This document shows, piece by piece, positions 16,514 through 28,540 of a stretch of 64,000 nt of DNA; the first letter of the stretch is position 1; each line of letters begins with the position of its first letter. The position numbers and the translations under genes are program-made. Below the pieces are notes generated by a model. That model was given only the letters and a program-made list of their open reading frames with translations, was not told the DNA's origin and searched no databases. This DNA is from the human T2T-CHM13v2.0 reference genome, Homo sapiens, in the NCBI RefSeq assembly GCF_009914755.1, contig NC_060944.1; one strand, given 5' to 3'.

Positions 16514-17022
16514 TGGACTTTGGAGTCATTCTGCCTCTCCTCAAATCTGGCTACACTACTTACTAACTGTGTGACATTGGGCAAGTTACTTCATTTCTCC
16601 CCTCAGTTTCCTTATATGTAAAATGGGGATAAAAAGAATACCTATCTGGGAGGCCGAGGTAGGTGGATCACTTTAGCCCAGGAGTTTGAGACCAACCTGG
16701 GCAGCATGGTGAAACCCCATTTCTACAAAAAGTACAAAGATTAGCCAGGTGTGGTGGCACACGCCGTATTCCCAGCTACTTGGGAGACTGAGGTGGGAGG
16801 ATCAAATGAGCCCAGGAGGCAGAGGCTGCTGTGAGCAGAGATCGCGCCACTGTACTCCAGCCTGGGTGACAGAGCAAGACCTTGTCTCAAAAAAAAAAAA
16901 AAAAAAAAAGAAAAAATACCTATCATAGAGGGTTGTAATGAGAGTTAAATGTGTTAATACATGTGTAGTACTTAGAACTCTGCACCTTGGCCCAGAGCAA
17001 GGGCTATACTATTACGTGTAAT
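16514..17022 (+). mobile_element. MIR interrupted by an Alu
   Basis: ggactttggagtca...ctgtgtgacattgggcaagttactt...ctcagtttcc..tgtaaaatggggataa [Alu] catagagggttgtaatgag. Confidence 0.8.
16647..16914 (+). mobile_element. 5'-truncated AluJ
   Basis: gcccaggagtttgagacc and gagcccaggagg diagnostics; TSD aatacctatc at 16637-16646 and 16915-16924. Confidence 0.92.
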
Positions 17023-17424
17023 TATCAGAGGAGACTGGCAGCATCTTCTGATCTTAGGGACATTTAATCTCTCTGTGTGTGTCTCACTGTGCTTCTGGAA
17101 AGTTTCTGATGCAGGCTCCTGGACTGATTCCTTCTCCAATCAATTACTCTGGCCTAAAAGCATTTCCCTTTCTACCAGCAGCCAGATAAAGCCAAATTCA
17201 GCACTAGGATCTGTAGTATTAACTTAAGTATTACCCACTTAATGGGACTTAAGTGTTACCTAGTTTTAGAGGAATAAGAATAACTTCTGTCTCACGTTGG
17301 GTTTCACTGAGGAGATGTCTGCATTGGAAAGACAGAGCTCATGTCACTAAAGAAGCTTCTGGGGCCAGTTTCCCTTAACCCCATTGCAGCCTGCAGACCT
17401 TTTGGGCTTGCAGGACCAACATCC

Positions 17425-17600
17425 CTGATTGGTTTGGGAGGGGCGTGTGTGTGTGGATCTGCCTCACAATGGCCTGTCTGAGCCCTTATCTGAGGTCACA
17501 CGTTATCATTTGTTTGGCCAATAAGACTGTAGCACACACACCAGCTTCAGTCCCCACTTGGCCTTACCTTTGATGTCACAATCTGACCTGTGGGTATTAA
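17425..17600 (+). promoter_or_regulatory. Putative SCP2D1 proximal promoter
   Basis: Inverted CCAAT (ATTGG 17428-17432), GC box 17436-17447, CRE-like TGAGGTCA 17491-17498, CCAAT 17518-17522, CRE-like TGATGTCA 17571-17578 and TATA-like TATTAA 17595-17600, in non-repeat DNA just 5' of the ORF. Confidence 0.6.
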
Positions 17601-17626
17601 TCTGGTCACAGCTGCTCACAGACTAG

Positions 17627-18128
<502 letters not shown>

Positions 18129-18199
18129 GCATGCAAAAATACCAAGGAAGAACTTCTCTTCGATGATAATGTCGAGTGGAAATCATGCTTAATCTGAAG

Positions 18200-18210
18200 A
18201 TTAAAGTAAA
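18200..18210 (+). terminator. Candidate polyadenylation signal(s) ATTAAA/AGTAAA for SCP2D1
   Basis: ATTAAA at 18200-18205 overlaps AGTAAA, ~70 nt after the stop, with U-rich sequence downstream. Confidence 0.6.
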
Positions 18211-18721
18211 AAGTATCCAATATTTTTACTCAAATTCTTCCTATTCAAGTTTAATTGATTTTCCTGTTGATGGGTAAATTTTCAGGGAGGGTTCTGAAGC
18301 AGTAAAAAGCGTTGTAGTGCATCAATTAGAATCTTTGTCTTTTTCTCTTTTTTTAGCTCCATTTATGCCCTTTATGCTCCATTTATGCCAGGGTGAGAGC
18401 CACGTGTAAAGAAATGGGTGATTATGATCATTGGAATTAAATACTCCAATGATTGTGTTCTTGAGACATTTTTCCTTTTCTAAAAAAGTTTGATGTTTTG
18501 GGGAAAGAAGTGATAACTATCATTGTGCAGGTGTGCATTCTGCATGGTAACTTGATTCCATGAGGAAACTTTACTATGAGACTGTGGGGTGCTAAGGGAA
18601 TGGGGCACCACAGGTCTGTGGGTGGAACCCAGGCAATAGAGGGGATGGTGCTGTTGGTGTATTATAATTTCTGATGGTTTCAATTCCAAGAAACTTGAAG
18701 GGCTTGGGAGGTGTTCTAGGC

Positions 18722-18890
18722 CAGTGGTTCTTAACTGGAGCATGCATCAGAATCACCGGAAAGGTTGGTTAAAGTCTGGATTGCTGGGCTCCATCTCAGA
18801 GCTTCTACTCAGGAAATCTGGGCTGGAGAGAATGCACATTTCTAACAAGTTCCCAGGGGATGCTGATGGCACCACCCTTAGAGAATTCCA
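18722..18890 (+). mobile_element. MER5A
   Basis: cagtggttctt...gcatcagaatcacc...catttctaacaagttcccagggg atgctgatg. Confidence 0.85.
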
Positions 18891-19232
18891 GCTCTGCTTC
18901 ACTTCATGCCAAAGCTCTCAGTATTGACTGTAACTATTCTATTCTAGGCCAATGAGATGGTGCCATTAATTAAAGGATCTCCCAAAGACAGACCCCACAG
19001 CCCTCTGTGAGCCATTTATAAAGTATCCATGCTGTCAGGAGCTTGTGCATTGAACATTTTACAAAATCAGAGGGCAGCCTGGGAGATTTCCCTTCCGGAA
19101 GCTCCCTTCACATGTTGTCTGGGAGGATAGGATGAAGTCTGTTGCAGCTGATGCAAACTCCTTGTGGGTGAGTGTGTGTGTGTTCTTGGTTCACATGTGG
19201 TTTGTGTGTACCTTTGACTTGTGGGCTAAATA

Positions 19233-19360
19233 TACACAGTGTGGATACTCTGAAACCTAGAGGAAAGTTTCATCACAACTGCCATGCTCAAACACCTACA
19301 CAGTGTGGACACTCTGAAACCTGGGTGGAAGTTTCATCACAACTGCCATGCTCAAATACA
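19233..19360 (+). repeat. Two-copy 64-bp tandem duplication
   Basis: tacacagtgtgga(t/c)actctgaaacct...aagtttcatcacaactgccatgctcaaa at 19233-19296 and 19297-19360. Confidence 0.9.
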
Positions 19361-19930
19361 CGCCTACCAAATAATCCCACCATTCTGTTCTTGGGTATTT
19401 TGTTAAGAGAAAAGAAAGCATATGTACAAGCATAAAATAAACACTCGCATGCATGTGAATGTTCATGGCAGCTGTGTTGGGAGTAGTCCTAAACTGGAAA
19501 CAAGCCACATGTTCATCAACAGGTGAATGGGTGGACAAATTGTGCGGTGTCATACCATGGAATATTACTTAGCCATGAAAAGGAAGAAATGATTGGCATA
19601 CACACAAATGACAATGTGGATAAATGGCAAAATAATTATGCTGAGTGAAAGAAGACAGAGAAGACTGAGCACATACTACATGATTCGATTTATATTAAAT
19701 ACTAAAAAATGTAAACGTAGTGACAGAAAAAAAAAGGCAGTGGTTGCCAAGAGACAGGAGCATGGGGAAATGAGGAAGGATGGGGGGATTATGACAAATG
19801 TCATGACGACACTTGGGGGTAGTGGGTATATTCATTATCTTAATTGTGGTGATGTTTTCCCAAGTCAAAGCATCGCCTTGTGCAATGCATATAAACCCAT
19901 GCAGTTTATTATGTGTCATATAAGCTAATC
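19361..19930 (+). mobile_element. L1M (L1ME/MB-like) 3' fragment
   Basis: gaatgttcatggcagc...aactggaaacaa...caacaggtgaatgg...atgctgagtgaaagaagacaga. Confidence 0.8.
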
Positions 19931-20371
19931 AGGTTGTTTTTAAGAACCTGCCACCCTCCCTTAGAAATAAGGCTTTTGTGTGGCTGTGTTCCTGAAGAGG
20001 AAGGATCAGCAACTCTCCCCTTCTCTCAGCAAGATGAGCCCTCTCACCTCATCTTGGTCTAGTGTTCAGCTCCTGACTATTTGGATGGCTCTGCAGAGGC
20101 CTTCCTCCATTTCATATTAGAGAAAGGCAGAGTGAGAACTTGTTGCTTACAAAATGTCATCCTCTCTGTGGGAAACGAAGAGATCATTTGTCCTGAGAGT
20201 GCTCTACTCCACAGTTAGACATTGCTAAGGGGATGGGCATGGACTTAGTGCACATCCTGGCTTCTTCTCTCATGTGCGTCATTATAGAGGTGATCTGCAT
20301 CTTGTCCCTGTCAGTGCCCCCAGCCTGTGAATGTCTCAGAGGCTTCCAATGGATTCTGAGCTCTGTTGTGA

Positions 20372-20776
<405 letters not shown>

Positions 20777-22610
20777 TGTGCCACATTCCTTTTTAAGGGA
20801 AATGGCTCACCTAAGCCCCTGCTACCTGGGAGTCCTGCTCATACCATGTGTTAATCATTTGGCCCTGAGATGGGGGTTGCTTAGAGATGGGAGAGTGGGC
20901 AGAGGGGTTATGCAGGCTCATGCCTGGGCTGGCATCTGACCTATGACCCATTCTGACTTGGGACAAAAAAAGTGACCTGAGCTAACTCGATTCCTTTCTC
21001 AAGAATTTGGAACTGGGAAAGTGAGAGCCTGAGCTACAATCAAGCAGCGAGAATGGAATCGGAGAGGCTGGGATGCAGGGGGTGAGGAAGGGGCTGTGAG
21101 GAAGGGCAGCCATGGGGCAGGGGCTGGAGAGATGGAGGGGCAGGAGCCTGGAGTAGGGAGAGAAAGGTGGTCAACAAGCGAGGAGTGGGAAGCCCAGGCC
21201 TCGGAAACATGACCGCAAACCCCTTTCAATCTCAAGAAAACGTTCAATGCTGGATGCCACGTGAAGCTGCTGGAAGGACTCAGATTCTGGAATCAGAAGC
21301 GGAATTTTGAGCCCAGCATCACCATTTTACACCTGCCTGACCACAGGTGGGTACTGAACCGCCTCTTGCCCAAGCTTCCTCATCTGTAAACGGGACCAGG
21401 AGCCCTCGTGATGGTGGATTGCTGGGGAGCCCTCATTCGGGCGGCCCAACAGATCCCCTAGCTGGAAGTGGGCTTCCTGTGCATGTGAGTCCCTTTCTCC
21501 GCTGGGTAAGAGGAAGGGCAGGCACTTAGGCTGGCTCCCCACTGCCTCTAGGGACTTTCCTGCTTTTTCTCCTATACTCGGCTGGTGCCCTAGAAGATCA
21601 CATGTGGCTCAAAACACACATCTGTGTTTTGTTTGGTCTATACAAGGTGGGCCAACACAGTGTTAGTAAAGTTTGAATTAGGACATTGTATATAAAAAAT
21701 TGGATTTCTGTATTCTCTTTAAAAATTCGGTCATTTGGATACACTGAGCCTGTATTCCTGCCAGGCAACGGCTGCGGGTGTGGAGCGGGTGGGCTATCCA
21801 GACAGACCGAGGCCCACTCCTCCCAGCTTGGCCTCCCTGGCTCTGAAGGTGAGTGTTGGTGGCTGCAGTTTCCTTGGGCTGGGCCAGCCTTGCAGGGCCC
21901 CTGTGGGTATTTGTGCTGATGACCGTGGCTCCCTACCATACATGGTCTTACTCTTCGCCTGTCAGTGTTCTATGGCTGTGTAACAGATTACCACACATTA
22001 AGTGGCTTAAAACAACACCCATTCATTAACTCACAGCTTCTGGAAGCCAGAAGTCCAGGCAGGCTGAGCTGCCGTCTCAGCTCCCATGGCTGATCTTAAG
22101 GTGTTGGCCACTCTGGGCTCTTCTCTGGGGGCTTGAGGGGAGAATCTTTTCCAAGCTCATTCAGGTTGTGGCAGAATTCACCTTCTTGTGGTGATAGGAC
22201 TGTTTCCTATCAGCTGGGAATGCTCTCAGCAACTTGAGGCTGGCCAGATGGCTCCTCCATCTGCAAAGCCAGCAATGGTGTGTCGAGCCCTTCTCAGGCT
22301 TTGAATCTCTCTGAATTCTTCTGTCTTCATCTTCTGCCTCTTCATGAAAGGACTCACGTGATTATACCGGGCCACTCAGATAATTCATAGTAAGCTCTCT
22401 ATCTTAATGTGAATTTATTAGTAATCTTAATTATGTCTGCAAAATTCCTTCTGCCATGTGAGGTAATGCTGTGGAGTGAATGTGTCACCCCAGATTCATA
22501 TGTCAAAACCTTGAACCCCAATGTGATGGTATTTGGAGGTGGCGCCTTTGGGAAGTAATTTGGGTTAGATGAGGTCACAAGAGTGGTTCCCTCATGATAA
22601 GATTAGTGTC

Positions 22611-23026
22611 TGTATTAGTCTGTTATCACATTGCTATATGAAAAATCTGAGGCTAGGTAATTTATAAAGAAAGAGGTTTAATTGGCTCATGGTTCTTCAG
22701 GCTGTATAGGAAGCATGATGCTGGCATCTGCTTGGCTTCTGACGAGGTCTCAGGAAACTTACAATCATGGCAGAAGGTAAAGGGGGAGTAGCACTTCACA
22801 TGGCCAAAGAAGGAGCAAGGATTGGGCAGGGGAGGTTCTACACACTTTAAAACAACCAGATCTTGTGAAAGCTCCATCAAAAGAACAGCACCAAGCTGAT
22901 GGTGCTAAGCCATTCGTGAAGGAGCCACTCCCATGATCCAATCACCTCCCACCTGGCCCCACCTCCAACACTGGGGATTCCAGTTTGACATGAGATTTGG
23001 TGAGAACACAGAACCAAACCATATCA
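22611..23026 (-). mobile_element. MSTA solo LTR
   Basis: tgtattagtc...aaagaggtttaattggctcatggttc...catgagatttgg...aaaccatatca; TSD gtgtc/gtgtt. Confidence 0.9.
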
Positions 23027-23065
23027 GTGTTTTTATAAGAGGAAGAGACCAGAGCGCTCGTTCGT

Positions 23066-23245
23066 TCTCTCTCTTTCTCTCTTTCTTTCTTTCTTTCCTT
23101 CTTTCTTTCTTTTCTTTCCTTCTTTCTCTTTCTTTCTTTCTTTCTGTCTTTCTTTCTTTCTTTCTTTTCTTTCTTTCTTTCTCTCTCTCTATCTCTCTCT
23201 CCCTCTCTCTCTCTCTCCATTCCCCCCTCTCTCTTTCTTATTCTT
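23066..23245 (+). repeat. (CTTT)n/(CT)n polypyrimidine tract
   Basis: About 180 bp of nearly pure pyrimidine seen directly. Confidence 0.95.
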
Positions 23246-24509
23246 TCTGCCAATGAGGATGTAGCAAGTAGGTGACCATCTGTACACCAGGAAGAGGGCC
23301 TTCACCAGACTGGCACCCTGATCTTGGACTTACCAGCTTCCAATGATAAGAAATAAAAGTCTGTTGTTTAAGCCGCCTGTCTATGATACTTTGTGATAGA
23401 GCCCACACAAAGACAAATAATGTATTCATGGGTGTGATATCTCATCCTAGCCACAGTCCTGAAGACTGAGGTGTAGGATCTTCTTGGAGGCCATAATCCT
23501 ACCAACTCCCCCGCCTCCACCATCTACATTCCATGCATGTTCTCAAGGTCATCCTCCAGGAAACTGCCCTGATTGAGCTGTTGTCTTTCTCTCCTACAAT
23601 TTGTATACCTCTCCTTTTTCCAGCTCTGTGTTCTGCCTTTGCATGGGTGTGGTCCTATGTGGGCCACACAAATGCCCTGGCTTATCTGGGACATTCCCAG
23701 TTTGCCCCCAGAGATCCCACCTCTTTTGTCTCTGAACAGGGTTAGATGTGCACTGTGCCCTAGGAAGGATGGAGCAAATGGCTCACGGCCCCTGTGGGAG
23801 TCTCAGTGAGGTGCACCTGGCTGCATGGAGACCAGACTGAGATTCTGGATCCTAGGGCAACTCTTAGGGACCTCACGATTTTGCAGGTGATTTTTTCCAT
23901 TCTCCAAACAAGAAACAGGGAAGTAGGACTGTCTCAGCTCCCATGGGTGGATCTGTTCACATGTGTTTTGGCACAAGTTCCAGGACAGCACCACCAAAGA
24001 GGGCAAGGTTTTTATTCTGGAGGTTTTAAGTTAGCGAAGATCTTGGATTTTTAGCTGTAAATTGCCAGTTTCTTCTGTTCACTGACTGACTGAGCAATTA
24101 ATCTATTTGCCTAAAAAATATTTTTTGAGCACTCATGATGTCTTAGGAGTTAATTACTTTTGGCAGGGCTGATAGTAAGCTGGGATATATGAGGCCAGAA
24201 TTGGTTCCAATTGGTCAAACACCATTCTGGTTTTCAGTGACCTGTTCTGATGGGTTTTTTTCCCTTTGCCATATGGTTATGAAACATTCTGGAAATCACT
24301 CTTGGTTTGAGGAGCTGGTGGCAAGCAAGCTGAGGTTTCTTTTCTCCAGGAGCTTGTATTTCCAGATGGGAGTTGTGGGTGGGTTGTGGGGAGACAAGCA
24401 ATAGACAGCAAACAAATAACCAGAGAAGACACTTGAGAAGGGAAGGGAATGTGGCTAAGGGGGCCTGGGTGGCCAGGGAAGGCCTCTCTGAGAAGGGGCT
24501 TCCTGAACC

Positions 24510-25400
24510 TCACACTGTAGTGGCAGGCCCTGGGGCAAAGATGCAACTGCCAGCTGTGGATTTGTGTGGTGATTCCAGGAAATATCCCTTGGGGAGTGGG
24601 GCAGTGGGACAGGGAGGGAAGGAAGGTGATACAGGGCATATTATTGAGCAGGTCATTGTTGAGGGGCTCAACCCCACAGAACAGTTCAGGGAGACAGGGT
24701 AGAACACCCCTCAGTGTTGTCCAGCCCAAGGAAAGAGGGAGTTACAGAATTTTTAAACTAATTCCCATCAGTCTTTGGTTGAGGGCTTGTGATGGTAAAT
24801 ACTGAGTGTCAACTTGATTGGATTGAGGGATGCAAAGTATTAATCCTGAGTGTGTCTGTGTGGGTGTTGCTACAAGAGATTAACATTTGAGTCAGTGGGC
24901 TGGGGAAGGCAGATCCACTCTTCATCTGGTGAGCATAATCTAATCAGCTTCCAGCGAATATAAAGCAGACAGAAAAATGTGAAAAGGAGGGACTGGCCTA
25001 GCCTCCCAGTCTACATCTTTTTCCCGTGTTGGATGCTTCCTGCCCTCGAACATCAGACTCCAAGTTCTTCAGTTTTGGGACTGGGACTGGCTATCCTTGC
25101 TTTGCAGCTTGCAGACAGCCTATTGTGGTACCTTGTAATCATGTAAGTTAATACTTAGTAATCTTCTAAATATATATATATATATATATCCTATTAGTTC
25201 TGTCCCTCTAAGAGAACCCTGACTAATACAGGGCTGCTCCTGGGACAGGGGTTTTTGATTCCCTGGGTCTGGGCATTTGAGAGAAAGCCCTCCAGCAGTT
25301 GGAAGTCAGTTGCAGCAGACTCTGATGATGAGGTCCAGAGAAGGATCAGAGCAAGTGCTGAGTCCTGGCAATCTCCAGCAGCGCTTGCATTTGAAGGGGC
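24510..25400 (-). mobile_element. ERVL LTR16A-like LTR interrupted by MLT2A1
   Basis: ggtgattccaggaaa...ggggagtggggcagtgggacagggagggaagg...agaacacccctcagtgttgtcc...cccatcagtctttggttgagggct. Confidence 0.6.
24788..25230 (+). mobile_element. MLT2A1 (HERV-L) solo LTR, full length
   Basis: tgtgatggtaaatactgagtgtcaacttgattggattga...agaaccctgactaataca, 443 bp; perfect TSD gggct at 24783-24787 and 25231-25235. Confidence 0.93.
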
Positions 25401-25481
25401 ACCAGGACACAGCAGTTAGAACTCGAAATCTGGAAGCAGACTGCCTGGGGCTGGATCTTGCCTCATTGGGCAAGTTGCTTT

Positions 25482-25793
<312 letters not shown>

Positions 25794-25809
25794 TATTTAC
25801 TTATTTTTT

Positions 25810-26260
25810 AATGCATTTTTAAAATTGAAGAATAACATACATAGGAAGAAGTCTACACATTCTAAGTGTGCAGCTAACAAACTTCCCCAAATGGAAAACA
25901 CCCGTGTAACCAACACAACATGTGGCTCAAGAAATAAGGCATGACTGGCGCCCCAGTAATCCCCACTCACACCCCCTTCTAGTTACTGTTGCCTCCAGGA
26001 TAACCACTATTTTGACTCTAACGCCATAGACTTTAGTTTTGCCTACTTTTGTGCTTTATATAAATGGGACCATGCAGTGCACACTCCGCTGTGTCTGGCG
26101 CCTTCCATTCAGAATTCTGTGTCTGAGATCCATCCACACTGTTGTGCACAGTTACTGCTCGTTTGTTTTATTGCTGAGTGGTGTTCCATTGTATTTGATT
26201 GTTTCCAGTTTAGGGTGATTTTAAATAGCGTTGCTGTGAGCCCTCTTGTATACCTATGGG
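25810..26260 (-). mobile_element. L1ME-like 3' fragment
   Basis: aattgaagataacatac...taaccactatt...tctgagatccatcc...ttattgctgagtggtgttccattgta. Confidence 0.75.
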
Positions 26261-27291
26261 AACAGAAGTCTCATTTTGCCACTTAATATTAGTTAGTGTC
26301 TTATCCCAGTTTGCAGTGGCAGCTACAGTGTGGTGTCTTGCACACAGCTTGTGCTTTATAAATGTTTGTGGCATGAATTGAGAGGCAGGGCAAGTCCAGA
26401 GGTAGAGAAACAGGCCTTGCTGGGATTTGGTGTCTGGTTCACTGGGCCTCTGACCTCCTCCATGATCCTAGACTTTGGGCCCCACTTGCTGGGTTTCAGA
26501 GGGAAACTGACAGCCACAGGGCAGAGGAGACAAAAAGGAAGTCTCCCAGGTGTGCCATTAACATGCGCAGTGCTTAACCATGTTGGGAACTACCCCCAGA
26601 TGACAGCTGAGAATCCTCATTGACTTTTCTTTGAAGGAAAAAAAATTCTTCCAGATCTGTAACTAGGCTAATCACAAGAAACATCTGTGACCTCCTAAAA
26701 ATATCTGCTTGGTACCATTTTGTAGAGCATAATATTTATATAGCCCAGCAGTGTAATTAAATTGATGTTTAGTTAACTCTTGGAAACAGCTGAAGGCTCC
26801 CAAAGCCCAGGATGAGATCTGCAGGCGGCCCTGGAATGGGCTTGAAAGGGGCCCTGGGAGGTGTTCCTGCAGGCTCTTGGTGGGGGGTCCTGGAGTGGCC
26901 ACAGAGATTGGGTGGGCCTGAGGAACTAAGGAACATGCTGTGTTGAGGGACTGCGTGGCTCACTCAGGGGCAGCTGGATTATAGTTGTTTCTATATTTCT
27001 GTCCAGCAGCCTCTGGAACATCATTTCCTGCTGAGGAAAGGTTTTCTCTTAAAGGACTAATCAGAAAGTGCTCTGTCTCAAAGCGCCTTTGCTGTTGTTT
27101 TGTAGCCTGTGGAGATGAAGTGGGGTAATGGTGGGTTTTTCTGGAGGGTTTTCATGCTTGTTTCTGGAGAACTGCTCGTATTGGTGGGGATCTCAGCCGG
27201 CAGAGAGTGGAGCCCGTGCTTTCTCTTACTCCTCATCAATAAAGAAAAGAGCAAAGTTGAAGCGAGTTTTTTCTTTTTTGGAAAAAGAAAA

Positions 27292-27398
27292 AATTCAACT
27301 TTTATTTTAGAGTCAGATGTGCAGGTTTGTTACCTGGGCATATTGCATGATGCTGAGGCTTGTGGATGACTGATCCTGTCCCCAGGTACTAAGCATAG
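27292..27398 (-). mobile_element. Short L1PB/old L1PA 3' end
   Basis: caacttttattttag...atgtgcaggtttgttac.tggg.atattgcatgatgctgagg...ccaggtactaagcatagt. Confidence 0.8.
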
Positions 27399-27741
27399 TT
27401 TTTAGGCAAAGGGGCTCCATAGCTTTTCAGCTGGGCAAGTTTCTCACTGGAGACCCTGAGGCCTGCAAAGCAGGACTGGAGCCTACTGCGGGCAGGGCCT
27501 GGTGTGGGGTCTCCTCTGAAGCCTTGAGATGCCATAAAAACATCAGGCCTTTACAGGGGTGCCTCCAGAGTGCGGTTAGGGGTGGGATTCAGAAGGGCCT
27601 CCGGGGAGCTTGAGAAGTCTGGAGTTGGGAAGGCAGTCCAGGGACAGTACCTCCCGTTTTGGCCATCCCCTTTTTTTGGAATTCTGCTCTTTGCATGAGG
27701 AAAAGGGAAAACCCATTGATGTTTTGAGCCCGTAAGCATTC

Positions 27742-28540
27742 CTTTATTCATTCATTCTGTGATAATTACCAAGCAACTACTACCTAATATACCTTCTCGG
27801 CCCTGTGCTGAGAGTACGGGATGCAAGGCTGAGCAAAACGGACACCTCCTGATATGGTTTGGCTGTGTCCCCACCCAAATCTCATCTTGAATTGTAGTTC
27901 CCATAATCCCCACGTGTGGTGGGAGGGACCTCGTGAGAGGTAACTGAATCATGAGGATGGGTTCGCCCATGCTGTCCTCATGATAGTAAGTTCTCATGAG
28001 ATTTGATGGTTTTATAAGGGACTTTCTTCTTCACTTGGCTCTCATTCTTCTCCTTCGTGATGCCATGTGAAGAAGGACGTGTTTACTGTCCCTTCTGCCA
28101 TTGTTTTGTTTCCTGAGGCCTTGCCAGCCCTGTGAAACTGTGAGTCAATTAAACCTCTTTCCTTTTTAAATGACTCAGTCCCAGGCAGTTCTTTCTAGCA
28201 GTGTAAGAATGGAGTAATACACCTCCGATCCTCAGGGAACTCCCAGTGTGGTGCCTGGCTACACACACAGTGAGGGCTCAGGAGGGAAAGCTGAGGGGCT
28301 CTTCATAGACTTGGTAGGGGCTTAGGACAGACTTCCTGAGGAACAAGATCAGAGGAATGAGTGAGAGGTCCCTGAGACAGGGCAGAGATGAGACCGTTCC
28401 AGGCGAGGAAACAGCATGTGTAAATGCCCTGTGGCTCACAGAGCACGATGAGTTCCAGGAACAGAACAAGACCAGTGAAGATGGAGAAAGGGGGTCAGTG
28501 GCAGAAGGTTGGAGCCTGGGGCCCAGCTTTGTAGACTGAA
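27742..28540 (-). mobile_element. L2 3' fragment interrupted by THE1D
   Basis: ttattcattcatt...gccctgtgct...; after the LTR gttccaggcgaggaaacagcatgtgtaaatgccctg. Confidence 0.6.
27850..28221 (+). mobile_element. THE1D solo LTR
   Basis: tgatatggtttggctgtgtccccacccaaatctcatcttgaattgtagttccc...ggcagttcttt..agcagtgtaagaatggagtaataca; perfect TSD cctcc at 27845-27849 and 28222-28226. Confidence 0.93.

Larger units (their letters stand above)
22467..23415 (+). mobile_element. MLT1A-like LTR interrupted by MSTA and (CTTT)n
   Basis: tgctgtggagtgaatgtgtcaccccagattcatatgt...; 3' part caccaggaagagggccttcaccaga...agaaataaaagtctgttgtttaagcc...aagaca. Confidence 0.85.
21957..23505 (-). mobile_element. 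MLT1D/E-like LTR hosting nested MLT1A and MSTA
   Basis: gtgtaacagattaccaca..agtggcttaaaacaacac...atctttttccaagctcattcaggttgtggcagaattca...ctgccatgtgaggtaa; resumes at ~23420 (tattcatgggtgtgatatctcatc). Confidence 0.8.

Noticed and set aside
22933-23256. F/L/S-rich and R/K/E-rich ORFs on both strands
   Set aside because: Translation of the (CTTT)n microsatellite
24277-24729. 150-aa minus-strand ORF
   Set aside because: Largely within an LTR16-like remnant, non-ATG start, no recognisable homology
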